Source: a virus (Duplodnaviria; Caudoviricetes). Taken from it: a stretch of DNA of 25,369 nt. Position 1 is the first letter of the stretch. Each line of letters begins with the position of its first letter. Made by a program: the position numbers and the translations under genes. Below are positions 1 through 9,650 of this stretch, piece after piece. Location: IMG/VR virus record IMGVR_UViG_3300031519_000199, positions 1 through 25,369 of that record. One strand, given 5' to 3'. The notes beneath the pieces were generated by a model. The model was not told the DNA's origin. It worked only from the letters and a program-made list of their open reading frames with translations, and did not search any database.

Positions 1-1092
1 CCTGCAACAGGTAACGTACCGAGCGTACAAGACCTTATTTTAGTGTCAGATATCAGCCGTTTCGTGTTTGCCTTTGGGTGTAATGACTTAGCCAGTGCGA
101 CGAAAAACCCGATGTTGATTCGCTGGTCAGACCAAGAAAACGCTACTCAGTGGACGCCTGCGGCAACAAACCAAGCAGGTAGTCTGCAGCTATCGCGTGG
201 GGCAGAGATTATAGCGGCCAAACAAGCCCGTCAGGAAGTGCTGGTATGGTCTGATTCGGCTTTATACGCCCTACAGTACGTCGGTGCTCCAGTGGTCTGG
301 GGCGCGCAACTAGTCGGTGAAAACATCTCTATAGCGTCTCAAAACGCCGTAGCGTACGCCAACGGGGTAGCCTTTTGGATGGGTGTGGATAAGTTCTATA
401 TGTACGACGGACGCACACAACCGCTGCCCTGTAACCTCCGAAAGTTTGTATTTAACGATTTTAACGCCGCCCAGTATCGCCAAGTGTTTGCGGGGACTGT
501 AGAGTCTTACCATGAAATATGGTGGTTCTATTGCTCGGCTGAGTCCGATACTGCTGATCGGTATGTTGTGTATAACTATCTGGATAACATTTGGTATTAC
601 GGCACGATGGGTCGTACTGCATGGTTGGATTCGGGTCTGAGAGACTACCCATTAGCTGCAACTTACAGCAACAATCTCGTGAATCAGGAAGAAGGCGTTG
701 ATGATAACGAATTAGGAGCAAGCACGCCTATACATGCGTATGCTTCTACCGCTGAGTTCGATCTAGATGACGGACATCAATTCAACTTCATTTGGCGCGT
801 ACTTCCTGATATCACGTTTGACGGATCTACAACAGAAAGCCCTAGTGCTGTTATGACGTTGTTACCGATGCAGAATTCAGGGTCTGGGTATAACTCCCCT
901 GCTTCGGTAGGCGGGTCAAATGACGGTACGATTACCCGATCCGCTGTGTTGCCCATAGAGAAGTTTACAGAGCAGCTTAATACGCGGGTTCGTGGACGAC
1001 AGATGACCATGAAGATAGAATCTACCGGTGCAGGTGTGACTTGGCAATTGGGGTCTCCAAGGTTAGATATGCGACCTGATGGGAGACGGTAG
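1..1092 (+). CDS. Phage tail tubular / packaged-DNA stabilisation protein (P22 gp10 / T7 gp12-like beta-rich nozzle), 5'-truncated
   Basis: Frame 1 is open from base 1 (PATGNVPSVQDLILVSDISRF...), so the GTG at 43 is probably internal. Trp/Gly-rich beta-repeat-like sequence (LIRWSDQEN, EIWWFY, RYVVYNY, RTAWLD). Lies immediately upstream of the internal virion protein genes. Confidence 0.7.
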   Translation, partial: PATGNVPSVQDLILVSDISRFVFAFGCNDLASATKNPMLIRWSDQENATQWTPAATNQAGSLQLSRGAEIIAAKQARQEVLVWSDSALYALQYVGAPVVWGAQLVGENISIASQNAVAYANGVAFWMGVDKFYMYDGRTQPLPCNLRKFVFNDFNAAQYRQVFAGTVESYHEIWWFYCSAESDTADRYVVYNYLDNIWYYGTMGRTAWLDSGLRDYPLAATYSNNLVNQEEGVDDNELGASTPIHAYASTAEFDLDDGHQFNFIWRVLPDITFDGSTTESPSAVMTLLPMQNSGSGYNSPASVGGSNDGTITRSAVLPIEKFTEQLNTRVRGRQMTMKIESTGAGVTWQLGSPRLDMRPDGRR

Positions 1093-1997
1093 TGGCTGGG
1101 GATAACACTGTATACAATGTTCCGTTTCGTGCACCAGCTCTGCCGTATGCCCCACAAGTCTACGACCAGAAGTCGTTTGAGCAGTTTAATAACGTATTAC
1201 GGATATACTTTAACCAACTAGACAACGCGCTGAGAAACGCTATGGCAGTCCAAGAACCATACGAACTACAAGTAGCTAAAGGCCAGATTGCTGGTGCTTC
1301 GACGTTGTATAAGTTTGGTACCAATCCAGACATCGATAGCGCAGAAGAAACGGTATGGAGCACTGGGGGTGATTATCCGTGGCCTACGGCTGCGTTTACT
1401 GCGTTTATTAGTAGCTCAAGCACTGCCGATACTAGTGCAGGTACGGGTGCACAGACCGTAACCGTTGAGGGGGTAGACGAAAACTACGCAGCCCAAACCG
1501 TTACCGTCAATATGAATGGGCAGACTCAGGTACAGATTGGCGATGCTTCTGGTTGGTTGCGGGTTAACCGCATATTTGTTGCTACTTCTGGCTCTGGCGG
1601 TACTGCTGCGGGTACGATCTATGTCGCTAATAGCGGAGTTAGTAGTGGGGTACCTACCGGAATAACGTACGGCCAGATTGTACAAGGCGACAACCAAAGC
1701 CAGATGTCAGTGTATACCGTACCTGCTGGGTACACGTTATTCTTAGATGATGTTACGTTTACAGCAGCTATTGCTATCGCTAACAAGAACGTAACCGCTA
1801 AGTTCGTGACTAGAGACTTTGGCTCAAACACGTTTCGTACAAAGATCATACAGACAGTACAGAGCAACTTGCTTGTGCTACCTTTCAATTACCCGTTCGG
1901 CATTACTGAAAAGTCAGATATAGAATGCCGAGCCAGCTCTGATACCACCAACGTAGAAGTCGGCGCTTCATTTGAGGGGGTGCTAATAGCAAACTGA
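1092..1997 (+). CDS. Putative virion structural/tail protein, apparently two-domain
   Basis: 301-aa ORF whose GTG start overlaps the upstream TAG (TAGTG). N-terminal ~50-aa helical module (APALPYAP..FNNVLRIYFNQLD) followed by a Gly/Thr/Ser-rich beta domain. Confidence 0.65.
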   Translation: MAGDNTVYNVPFRAPALPYAPQVYDQKSFEQFNNVLRIYFNQLDNALRNAMAVQEPYELQVAKGQIAGASTLYKFGTNPDIDSAEETVWSTGGDYPWPTAAFTAFISSSSTADTSAGTGAQTVTVEGVDENYAAQTVTVNMNGQTQVQIGDASGWLRVNRIFVATSGSGGTAAGTIYVANSGVSSGVPTGITYGQIVQGDNQSQMSVYTVPAGYTLFLDDVTFTAAIAIANKNVTAKFVTRDFGSNTFRTKIIQTVQSNLLVLPFNYPFGITEKSDIECRASSDTTNVEVGASFEGVLIAN

Positions 1998-1998
1998 T

Positions 1999-4900
1999 AT
2001 GGCTATTAATATTGGCAAGATTAACGTACCTCCTCCAAATTGGAAAACTTACGATACAAATGGCGACGGCAAACTAACCGACGCTGAACTTACTATGTGG
2101 AATAATGTTGTACAAAATTATAAAACCTATATAGATCCTAACTTTGAAGACACCTACGAAGCAGGGACTGCAACAGGGACGGGAACGGGTACATCTGAAG
2201 GAACCGGTGTAGATCAGCTCGACGTTGTAGATATTATAAGAAACGTGGGTGCACAAGCTCTTGGTTCTGTCCTACTAAACGAACTTGCAGCTCAGGGTTA
2301 TTCCGCAACAGATATAGACGCTTCTTTTGCAACTATGGGTTCTTCGACCCCAGATGCGTATTTCCCACCTAGACCCGATTTTGCAGCTACTCTCTACCCA
2401 AATGGGCCAACGGGCGAAGATGGTAACTGGAGTTCCGAACAGTTAACAGCAATTCAAGAAGCCGATCTTGACTTTAATCTTGACCGTCTGCTAACTGTTA
2501 CACAAGCAAATAGAGTCGCTGAAGAAACCGACACTCCCTACGTGCACCCTTATACAGAACCGGCTTTAAATTATTTGCTAGGGTCTGAGGGGGCAGACTC
2601 GGACGGAGATGGGGTTTTAAGTACGGAAGAGTTAGGGGAGTATCTGGCTGATTCAGGGACGATAATGAACATAGTTGGTTCTGAATCTGAGGCAGCAAGT
2701 GCTATTGACCAAAATCAAGACGGAGTAATTAGCGAAGAGGAATACAGAAACGCAGTGGCTATGGGGGTAGTTAGCGAAACAGACGAAGATCCTAATCCGG
2801 TTCAAACAGCATTCTTAGCAGATATGGGGTTCGACGCCAGCCCTAGTGCAGCTTGGATGGAGGCTTTTACTAGAAAGTCTGCCGCTAGTTTCCAGACGGG
2901 CGCGCAGCAGATATTAACGCAAAGTTTACAAGATGCGGGGCTCGCTGTCCTTGGCATGCTCCAGAACGGATTACTTGAGCAGTTGGAGTCAGGGGAGGAT
3001 ACGTTATCCAGACCAATTATAGATAAAGATGCTCCAGCGTACTCTATTTTTGGAGCCGGGATTGATAGCTATTTTGAGAGGATCTTTGACGGCAAAGACA
3101 CCATATCGAGGGACGCGCTGCTAACTAACGATGAGTTCTATCATGTAGGTATAAAGTTGGCAACAAGAAACAGCTCGACCCCTATGTTGAGTGCAGAAGG
3201 CATTACATTAACGGATACAGACCAAGCTCTCGTAGATCGTTATGTAGCAGTGCGGGATGATTACCGAGAAGAAGCTAACGATACTTATGCGGGAGACGCG
3301 AGCGCAGTAACGGCAGATGAAGTAGCTTCAAAAAGAACCGAGTTACTTGCTGGTGCACGAAGCCCGATAGCAAAAGCATGGGCATCCAAGATTACTGACG
3401 ACCAAATACGCGACCGTATAGCTACGGAAAGAAAAAACGCGGCTATCCTAGCGAGGGCAAACGAAAAGAGTATTTACTCTCCTGAGTTGCTACAAAAACG
3501 TGATGAGCTTGTAGCGGCAGGTATTACTAACGCGGCAGCAATACTTGAAAACGTAGATCCTTTTTCTGAGCTTAGACCCCTACTGTATGAAGCAGCGATA
3601 AACAAAATAGGTGACGCTGCAGACGCACTAGTAGCAAGGCGGGACGATGCTGGCGGGTACTCAGACTTAGATCCTAAAACTAAAAACATGTTAAACCTTG
3701 CGTCTTTTGGTATACGTGCTGTAGGTAGCATGTCCGAGACTTTTGCGGGGGCATTGGCCCTTGTTGGAGAAACGTCTAGTGATAGTGTATTAGGGCGTTT
3801 TGGAACGGCACTTGTCAATTTAGCTTCGAGTATAGAGACTCAAGATTTTAAAGACGCAGCGGATGAAGTAGAAGCTAGGATAGGAAGAACCACAGGGTTT
3901 TGGGGTACTGCCAAAGCTATATTTGGCTCTGGTGATATACCATTAGAATTCCTACTACGTCAGGTTTTACCTGAAGTTGGAGAAGAAATATTACTTAGTA
4001 AGATTACTGGTGGTACGACTAAGGGTGTCAAATTTAATGGTGCAAACTCAGAATTTAAAGAGTTCCTTACCCACCCTGCTAATAGACCCGATGGTGCTCC
4101 TACATGGCTTAAAGACAAACTTGCAATCTTAGTTGGTAAAGATGAATTAGGAGACATGGCGGAGCTTATAGCAGGCACCGCTGGGGAGGCTTATGATCGT
4201 GCTTACTTTTTAGCGAGAGACAGTACAAACCCTGCTACTGGTGACCCATACACTGAAGAAGAAGCAAGAGATTTTGCCTACGGGGTAATGGGTAGAGCTA
4301 CGACGGGCGCTTTTATAGTGAACCGGTTTGCTGCTGGTGTATCTATAGACGACATGGTAGAGAACTTTTTCCCCGGTGCTGATAACAAGGCCATTAGGGA
4401 AGTATTAACTGCAATCCAAAACAACCCTACAGTAAAAACTTTCCTTTCTTTGACAGGAGAAGGGGCGAGTGAAGGTGGCGAAGGGGCTATTGCTGCATAT
4501 TCTGTAGCGAGTGATTTGGTGGTGTTAGACTCCACTATTAATGTTTTAGGTGAAGCTGGAGCCGCTGGCGCACTGGGCACTGCGCTAGGTAGTTTAGTAG
4601 ATATCTCCATGACTGGGGGTTTCGCTATAGATAACGCTGCTTCCAATGTCGCTGCAGCTTTTAACACTGATATAAACGACGTTCTAACCACTGCGCGAAC
4701 AGAGCTAGATGCGGGTGCCAATCTTGCAGATGTAACCGCAAACATGGAAGAAAGTTTCAATGGTATGGGGTTAGCAGACGTACCCCTCCAGACAGACATA
4801 TTAAACGGTGTTGATGATGCGTCGTACACCACGGGACTAGAAACTGAAGAGAAGTTTGATGAACTAGGCTATACGCCTACAGAAAAAGAAATAAACGAGT

Positions 4901-7851
4901 ACATTGGCAAAAATAACGAAGCCGGTACACTCAACAATATAGAAGTCTATGTAGACCCCAGACAAGTTACTCTAGAGGAAGCTAAAGACGCACTTAGAGT
5001 CCAAGGTATAAACAACCCCACTGACCAAGAAGCTGCTGCATACGTCGGTCAAGGGGACGGGAATTTCCAGAGTACTAAGAATACAGAAATACAAGCATAC
5101 GCTGACCCAAGAGTTATAGACGATGCGGAAGCTAGGGCCGCACTACAAGCGCAAGGTATAGCCAATCCAAAACAAGAAGAAATTGACCAATTTACAGGGC
5201 AAGGCGGTGTTAATTTTGAAACTAGCAACATAGGCAAAGCTACTGATTACGCTAACCCATTGTCCCTATCGACTGCAGAGATAGAAGCTGCCGCTGCAGA
5301 ACAAGGATACACCCTATCAACAGGTGAAGCAGAAGCCCTTTCTGGGCGAATATTGCCGGGGCAAACAGAAGCTGAAGCTATAGCCAGCCAAGGAAATGTG
5401 TTTAACGCTGGGGCTATTACAGAAGCAGAACTGCAAGCGATAGCAGACGAACAAGGGTATACCTTAACCGATACAGATCGAGCCTTAATTGGAAACAACT
5501 CTAACGCTGCCCAAGCACTGCTTAATGTAGAAAATCAATTTAATGAAAGCGCAATCACAAAAGCAGAAATAAACGCTGCTGCACGACGTGCTGGCATTGA
5601 CCCTAAAGATCTTACAGAGAGCGATTACGCGTTGGTTGGTAATATAGCGGAGAAAGACGCGGAGGGTAACTTTGTACCTGCGGGAGATATTTTAGCTGGA
5701 GAACAAGCACGTTTTGAAGGTAGGGTAGCAGATGCAACTGCAGCAGAACAAAAAGCCGCAGCAGAAACCGCTATTAAAGCAGCCGTTACAGCCGCTGGCG
5801 CTCCTGCCCTATCTGCTACTGATCTTGAACGCTATATCGGAATGGTTATCGGTGGCGGTCTTACTATCGCTGAAGCAGTAAAAACAGTAGAAAGGGATAT
5901 TGAAGTGAGTAACTACGATACAGATGCTTATCTTGCAGATGCAGATTACCCTGAGAACCCGAATACTGCCTCTGATGAAACCCCTGCCATGTCTGCGTTT
6001 GATGTCCAAGCAATGAATTGGTTGTTCGGTCGGTATGGGTTAGACACTAATGCTTGGCCTGAAGGTATAGAAATCCAAGGAGGGGATATAAACGGGGACG
6101 GTATTTATAGCGCAGATGAACTTAGAGCGATAGGGTTTACACCCGAAATAGGCGCAGATCCTAAATTCTTTGAAGATCCTGAAGGGTCAAATACTGACTC
6201 GGGCGACATATCACCAACAGGTACCGATAACCAAGGTAGTGGTAACTCTGGTATTAGAGACCAAGTAGTAGCGGCTGTAACGGCGGCTGGTGTAACTTTA
6301 GCTGCAGATAAAATTGACGAGATTATTGCGGATATTGTTTCTGGTGCCGCTACTGACATAGACAAAGCAGTCGCAGATAAAGTTACAGAGTACCAGCTTG
6401 GTAATGACACTGACTCTGGTACTGATAATGGGCTAGAAGACTCAACCATTGAGGGCGACCCAGATGATTACGTAAAAGTAAAAGACTTTAATCGTGAAGT
6501 AGGTGCCTTACAAGACAACGTAATAGAGTTAATAAACGAATTAGAAACAGCGGGGGCAACTCGGGATGAGGCTCTTGCTTTAGCTATCGGTGTACCTGCA
6601 GGACAATCGGGAGGCCCATCGGGGATATACGCAGAACTTGGTAATTTCGCTACTTCAGATCAAGCCGAGGCAATCAAAAAAGTAGTTGATGGTATTGCTA
6701 CAGAACTTGGTACAACTGCTGCTGATGTTGTGGCAATAAAAAGTAAACTGGACACTCTTGTAACCCAAGACGATATATCAGGTCTCGCCACTCAGGAAGA
6801 CGTAGTAAATGCGGAAGCGCGTTTAAACACCCGTATTGGTGAGCTTGTAACCGAAGGTAAAACTCGTCTTGACGCTCTAGACATCGCTTTAGGCGAATTG
6901 GCTATTGATTTAGGTACTACTAAAGAGGCTATTACTAAACAACTTACCGCGTTCCAAACAAATCTAGATGCAGACCTAGGAAAACTTGCAACTAAGCAAG
7001 ACGTTTTAGACACCGAAACTCGTATTCGGGATAAACAAGACGAATACCAGCGGCAAGGTATGAAGGCAGATGAAGCCTTAGAAGCTGCAATAAATGACGT
7101 TGCTACTGATTTAGGTACTACTAAAGAGGCTATTACTAAACAACTTACCGAGTTCCAAACAAATCTAGATGCAGATTTGGCTTTGCTTGCTACCAAGAAA
7201 CAAGTTAACGCGCTTGAAACTGAGCTGTACTTAAAGTTATCGGAGTACGAAGCACAAGGTAAAACTCGGGACGAAGCAACTCAGTTAGCTATTAAAGATT
7301 TGGCTACGGATCTAAAGACTACCGAAGCTAATTTGATGACTGAGTTGGGAGTAACTCAAGACACCTTAACCAACAAAATTACTGAAGTTGAGACCAACCT
7401 CACTAACCAGTTCAATAGTCAGATCGAGTCTACCAAAGAACTTATAACCGAAACTGCGACAGAGACTCAAAAACAGATACAAACTACGGCAAACCAGAGC
7501 GCAGCTAGAGACTTCTTTGATATGGTATTGGGTTCTGAGGATCTTGAAGGGCAGCAAGTTACGGTAAGCCAGTCTCCTTTGGCGCAGATCAATTACATAT
7601 ATGATTGGCAAGATCCCTTAGCTAACCAACAACAGCGCGGGTTCTTTGGTGCAGCAAGCCCTTACGGAGAGTCGTTAGCTGCAGGGAAAAGCAGACGACC
7701 CCAGACAATCGCTAATGTTATGCAGGGGCCACTGAACCTGCAAGGCGCACCGGTAGGGCCAATGGGAGGGCCATTAGGTATGGCCGCAGGTGGTAAAGTA
7801 GATTATGATTTCCTAAACGAAATCTCACAAATAATGAGTTTTGGAGAATAA
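1999..7851 (+). CDS. Giant acidic repeat-rich putative internal virion protein with EF-hand-like Ca2+-binding loops
   Basis: 1950-aa ORF with GAGG upstream. Four DxD/NxDG...E loops, ~50-aa tandem repeats, ~67-aa coiled-coil repeats, a Gly/Ala-rich hydrophobic middle segment and a C-terminal MAAGG motif. Confidence 0.7.
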   Translation: MAINIGKINVPPPNWKTYDTNGDGKLTDAELTMWNNVVQNYKTYIDPNFEDTYEAGTATGTGTGTSEGTGVDQLDVVDIIRNVGAQALGSVLLNELAAQGYSATDIDASFATMGSSTPDAYFPPRPDFAATLYPNGPTGEDGNWSSEQLTAIQEADLDFNLDRLLTVTQANRVAEETDTPYVHPYTEPALNYLLGSEGADSDGDGVLSTEELGEYLADSGTIMNIVGSESEAASAIDQNQDGVISEEEYRNAVAMGVVSETDEDPNPVQTAFLADMGFDASPSAAWMEAFTRKSAASFQTGAQQILTQSLQDAGLAVLGMLQNGLLEQLESGEDTLSRPIIDKDAPAYSIFGAGIDSYFERIFDGKDTISRDALLTNDEFYHVGIKLATRNSSTPMLSAEGITLTDTDQALVDRYVAVRDDYREEANDTYAGDASAVTADEVASKRTELLAGARSPIAKAWASKITDDQIRDRIATERKNAAILARANEKSIYSPELLQKRDELVAAGITNAAAILENVDPFSELRPLLYEAAINKIGDAADALVARRDDAGGYSDLDPKTKNMLNLASFGIRAVGSMSETFAGALALVGETSSDSVLGRFGTALVNLASSIETQDFKDAADEVEARIGRTTGFWGTAKAIFGSGDIPLEFLLRQVLPEVGEEILLSKITGGTTKGVKFNGANSEFKEFLTHPANRPDGAPTWLKDKLAILVGKDELGDMAELIAGTAGEAYDRAYFLARDSTNPATGDPYTEEEARDFAYGVMGRATTGAFIVNRFAAGVSIDDMVENFFPGADNKAIREVLTAIQNNPTVKTFLSLTGEGASEGGEGAIAAYSVASDLVVLDSTINVLGEAGAAGALGTALGSLVDISMTGGFAIDNAASNVAAAFNTDINDVLTTARTELDAGANLADVTANMEESFNGMGLADVPLQTDILNGVDDASYTTGLETEEKFDELGYTPTEKEINEYIGKNNEAGTLNNIEVYVDPRQVTLEEAKDALRVQGINNPTDQEAAAYVGQGDGNFQSTKNTEIQAYADPRVIDDAEARAALQAQGIANPKQEEIDQFTGQGGVNFETSNIGKATDYANPLSLSTAEIEAAAAEQGYTLSTGEAEALSGRILPGQTEAEAIASQGNVFNAGAITEAELQAIADEQGYTLTDTDRALIGNNSNAAQALLNVENQFNESAITKAEINAAARRAGIDPKDLTESDYALVGNIAEKDAEGNFVPAGDILAGEQARFEGRVADATAAEQKAAAETAIKAAVTAAGAPALSATDLERYIGMVIGGGLTIAEAVKTVERDIEVSNYDTDAYLADADYPENPNTASDETPAMSAFDVQAMNWLFGRYGLDTNAWPEGIEIQGGDINGDGIYSADELRAIGFTPEIGADPKFFEDPEGSNTDSGDISPTGTDNQGSGNSGIRDQVVAAVTAAGVTLAADKIDEIIADIVSGAATDIDKAVADKVTEYQLGNDTDSGTDNGLEDSTIEGDPDDYVKVKDFNREVGALQDNVIELINELETAGATRDEALALAIGVPAGQSGGPSGIYAELGNFATSDQAEAIKKVVDGIATELGTTAADVVAIKSKLDTLVTQDDISGLATQEDVVNAEARLNTRIGELVTEGKTRLDALDIALGELAIDLGTTKEAITKQLTAFQTNLDADLGKLATKQDVLDTETRIRDKQDEYQRQGMKADEALEAAINDVATDLGTTKEAITKQLTEFQTNLDADLALLATKKQVNALETELYLKLSEYEAQGKTRDEATQLAIKDLATDLKTTEANLMTELGVTQDTLTNKITEVETNLTNQFNSQIESTKELITETATETQKQIQTTANQSAARDFFDMVLGSEDLEGQQVTVSQSPLAQINYIYDWQDPLANQQQRGFFGAASPYGESLAAGKSRRPQTIANVMQGPLNLQGAPVGPMGGPLGMAAGGKVDYDFLNEISQIMSFGE
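6901..7175 (+). repeat. Near-identical 74-bp direct repeat (6901-6974 and 7102-7175), 201-bp period
   Basis: GCTA(T/C)TGATTTAGGTACTACTAAAGAGGCTATTACTAAACAACTTACCG(C/A)GTTCCAAACAAATCTAGATGCAGA occurs twice with 2 mismatches, in frame. Confidence 0.95.
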
Positions 7852-8725
7852 AATGGCAGGCTTTTTAGACTACCTTAAAGATGCTTCTGCTTGGTTAAAA
7901 GAGGAAGAAAACCAAGGCACTGTTGGGCTACTCAGTATGCTCGGTACAGCAGCGTTTTCGGGTAATGACTTCTTTGATACCCAAATAGAGAAAACAGGGT
8001 ACCAAGGGGAGATCCCAGACTACACAGCCGTTAGAGAGCGTGTACAGGATACCTATGACCCCAATAGACGGCCCGGGAGTGGTGGGCAGCGGTTCTTTTC
8101 AGAGACAGAATTTGCAGAACAAGGCCAAGAAGCTTCAGCGCAACAGCGTGCGATCCAACAGGCTCTAAACTTAAAAGCACAGAACGTTGCTAACATGGCT
8201 AGACAGTCTAGTCAGTATGGTGCACCACCTGCGCCTCAACCCCAAATGCCGATGCCCGTTATGCCTGCCCCCGTCGCACAGCCTAGGACTATGGGTGCCC
8301 CTCCTTCACAGGTTGGCGCTATGATGCCCCCTCCTCAACAAGGGGGTCTAGCTAACTTCTCTCCCCAGTACAAATATGGTGGCGGCATTGCTGCTTTAGC
8401 TGGGGGTGGCGCTGCTTCTGCATACAATCGTAGTTACCATCCATATTCAGCGGGTGGAAGTACTGGTAGAGGTTATTACTTAGGGGGTTCAACAGATGGA
8501 ATGGCTGACAAGATCCCTGCTACAATTGACGGTACGCAAGAAGCCAGATTAAGCGACGGGGAATTTGTTGTCCCTGCAGATGTCGTCAGTCACCTCGGCA
8601 ATGGCAATTCTAGTGCTGGTGCTAACACGTTATACGGTATGATGGACAAAGTTCGACAAGCCCGTACCGGCAACAAACAACAGGGTAAAGAGATAAACCC
8701 TAATAAATTCATACCGAACAGGTAG
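7841..8725 (+). CDS. Putative internal virion protein; true start may be ATG 7853
   Basis: GGAG SD lies 6 nt before ATG 7853 (MAGFLDY). Pro/Gln/Met-rich linker. C-terminal GGSTDGMADKIPA..ARLSDGEFVVPADVV motif, of the kind seen in phage tape-measure and internal proteins. Confidence 0.7.
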   Translation: MENKMAGFLDYLKDASAWLKEEENQGTVGLLSMLGTAAFSGNDFFDTQIEKTGYQGEIPDYTAVRERVQDTYDPNRRPGSGGQRFFSETEFAEQGQEASAQQRAIQQALNLKAQNVANMARQSSQYGAPPAPQPQMPMPVMPAPVAQPRTMGAPPSQVGAMMPPPQQGGLANFSPQYKYGGGIAALAGGGAASAYNRSYHPYSAGGSTGRGYYLGGSTDGMADKIPATIDGTQEARLSDGEFVVPADVVSHLGNGNSSAGANTLYGMMDKVRQARTGNKQQGKEINPNKFIPNR

Positions 8726-8731
8726 AAGATT

Positions 8732-9637
8732 ATGGCAGCAGCAGACGATCCTATTGTAGGGCAACAAACGGGGACAGAATCCTCCCTATCTAACTGGGCA
8801 GGTGATTACGTCACTAACATGTTGGGTAAAGGGCAAGCCCTTGCGAACCAACCGTACCAAGCCTATACGGGGCCACTCTCGGCAGGGGCTTCTACCGGCC
8901 AACAAGCAGCATTTCAAGGCGTTGGTAATCTATCTGTTCCTACCGGTCAAATGGGCGGGTTTTCAACACAAGCGCCAAGGGCGGCTTTCCAACCGCAAGG
9001 GTTTACTGCGCAGTCTGCCCAAGACTACATGAACCCGTACCTGCAAGCTGCGTTAGATCCTCAGATTGAAGAAGCGCGACGACAGGCGCAGATTACGCGT
9101 CTCGGGGATGCTAATAGATTAACGCAAGCTGGCGCTTATGGTGGATCTCGCCAAGCTATTATGGAGTCCGAGTTGAACCGTGGGTTAGGGCAGAACCTTG
9201 CCAATATTACGGGGCAGGGATACCAAACTGCTTACGATAAAGCTATGCAACAGTTCAACACGGAACAAAACCGTGAACAAGATGCTTATAACGCAGCTAC
9301 GGGGCAACTCAATACTGAACAACAGGCGCAATCACAAGCACAAAATCTTACGAATCAGTACGGGCTACAAGCCCTACAAAACCAAGCTAGTCTTGGGGCA
9401 CAAGAACGTGCTATCCAGTCAGAAGGTATTGCTGCAGATATTGCTCAGTTTGAAGAAGAACGAGACTTCCCGTACAAACAGACGCAATACCAACAGTCGT
9501 TGTTGCAAGGGTTGCCATTGGCAGCTCAATCGTATCAGTACGCGGCACCTAGCCAGTTATCTGAACTACTTGGGGGGTCTGGCGGTCTCATGGGACTGCT
9601 CCAAAGCTTCGGCTTAATTCCGTCAGACGCAGAATAG
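8732..9637 (+). CDS. Putative DNA ejection/pilot protein
   Basis: 301 aa, Gln/Ala/Gly-rich helical sequence (YMNPYLQAALDP, AGAYGGSRQAI) with a C-terminal Gly/Leu-rich hydrophobic segment. Positioned among the internal virion genes. Confidence 0.65.
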   Translation: MAAADDPIVGQQTGTESSLSNWAGDYVTNMLGKGQALANQPYQAYTGPLSAGASTGQQAAFQGVGNLSVPTGQMGGFSTQAPRAAFQPQGFTAQSAQDYMNPYLQAALDPQIEEARRQAQITRLGDANRLTQAGAYGGSRQAIMESELNRGLGQNLANITGQGYQTAYDKAMQQFNTEQNREQDAYNAATGQLNTEQQAQSQAQNLTNQYGLQALQNQASLGAQERAIQSEGIAADIAQFEEERDFPYKQTQYQQSLLQGLPLAAQSYQYAAPSQLSELLGGSGGLMGLLQSFGLIPSDAE

Positions 9638-9650
9638 GGGGTAATTAATA

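Noticed and set aside
6901-7175. Diversity-generating retroelement TR/VR pair or CRISPR repeats
   Set aside because: Only two copies, both in frame within one protein repeat. The mismatches are not adenine-specific in either copy, and no reverse transcriptase or cas gene is present in the window.
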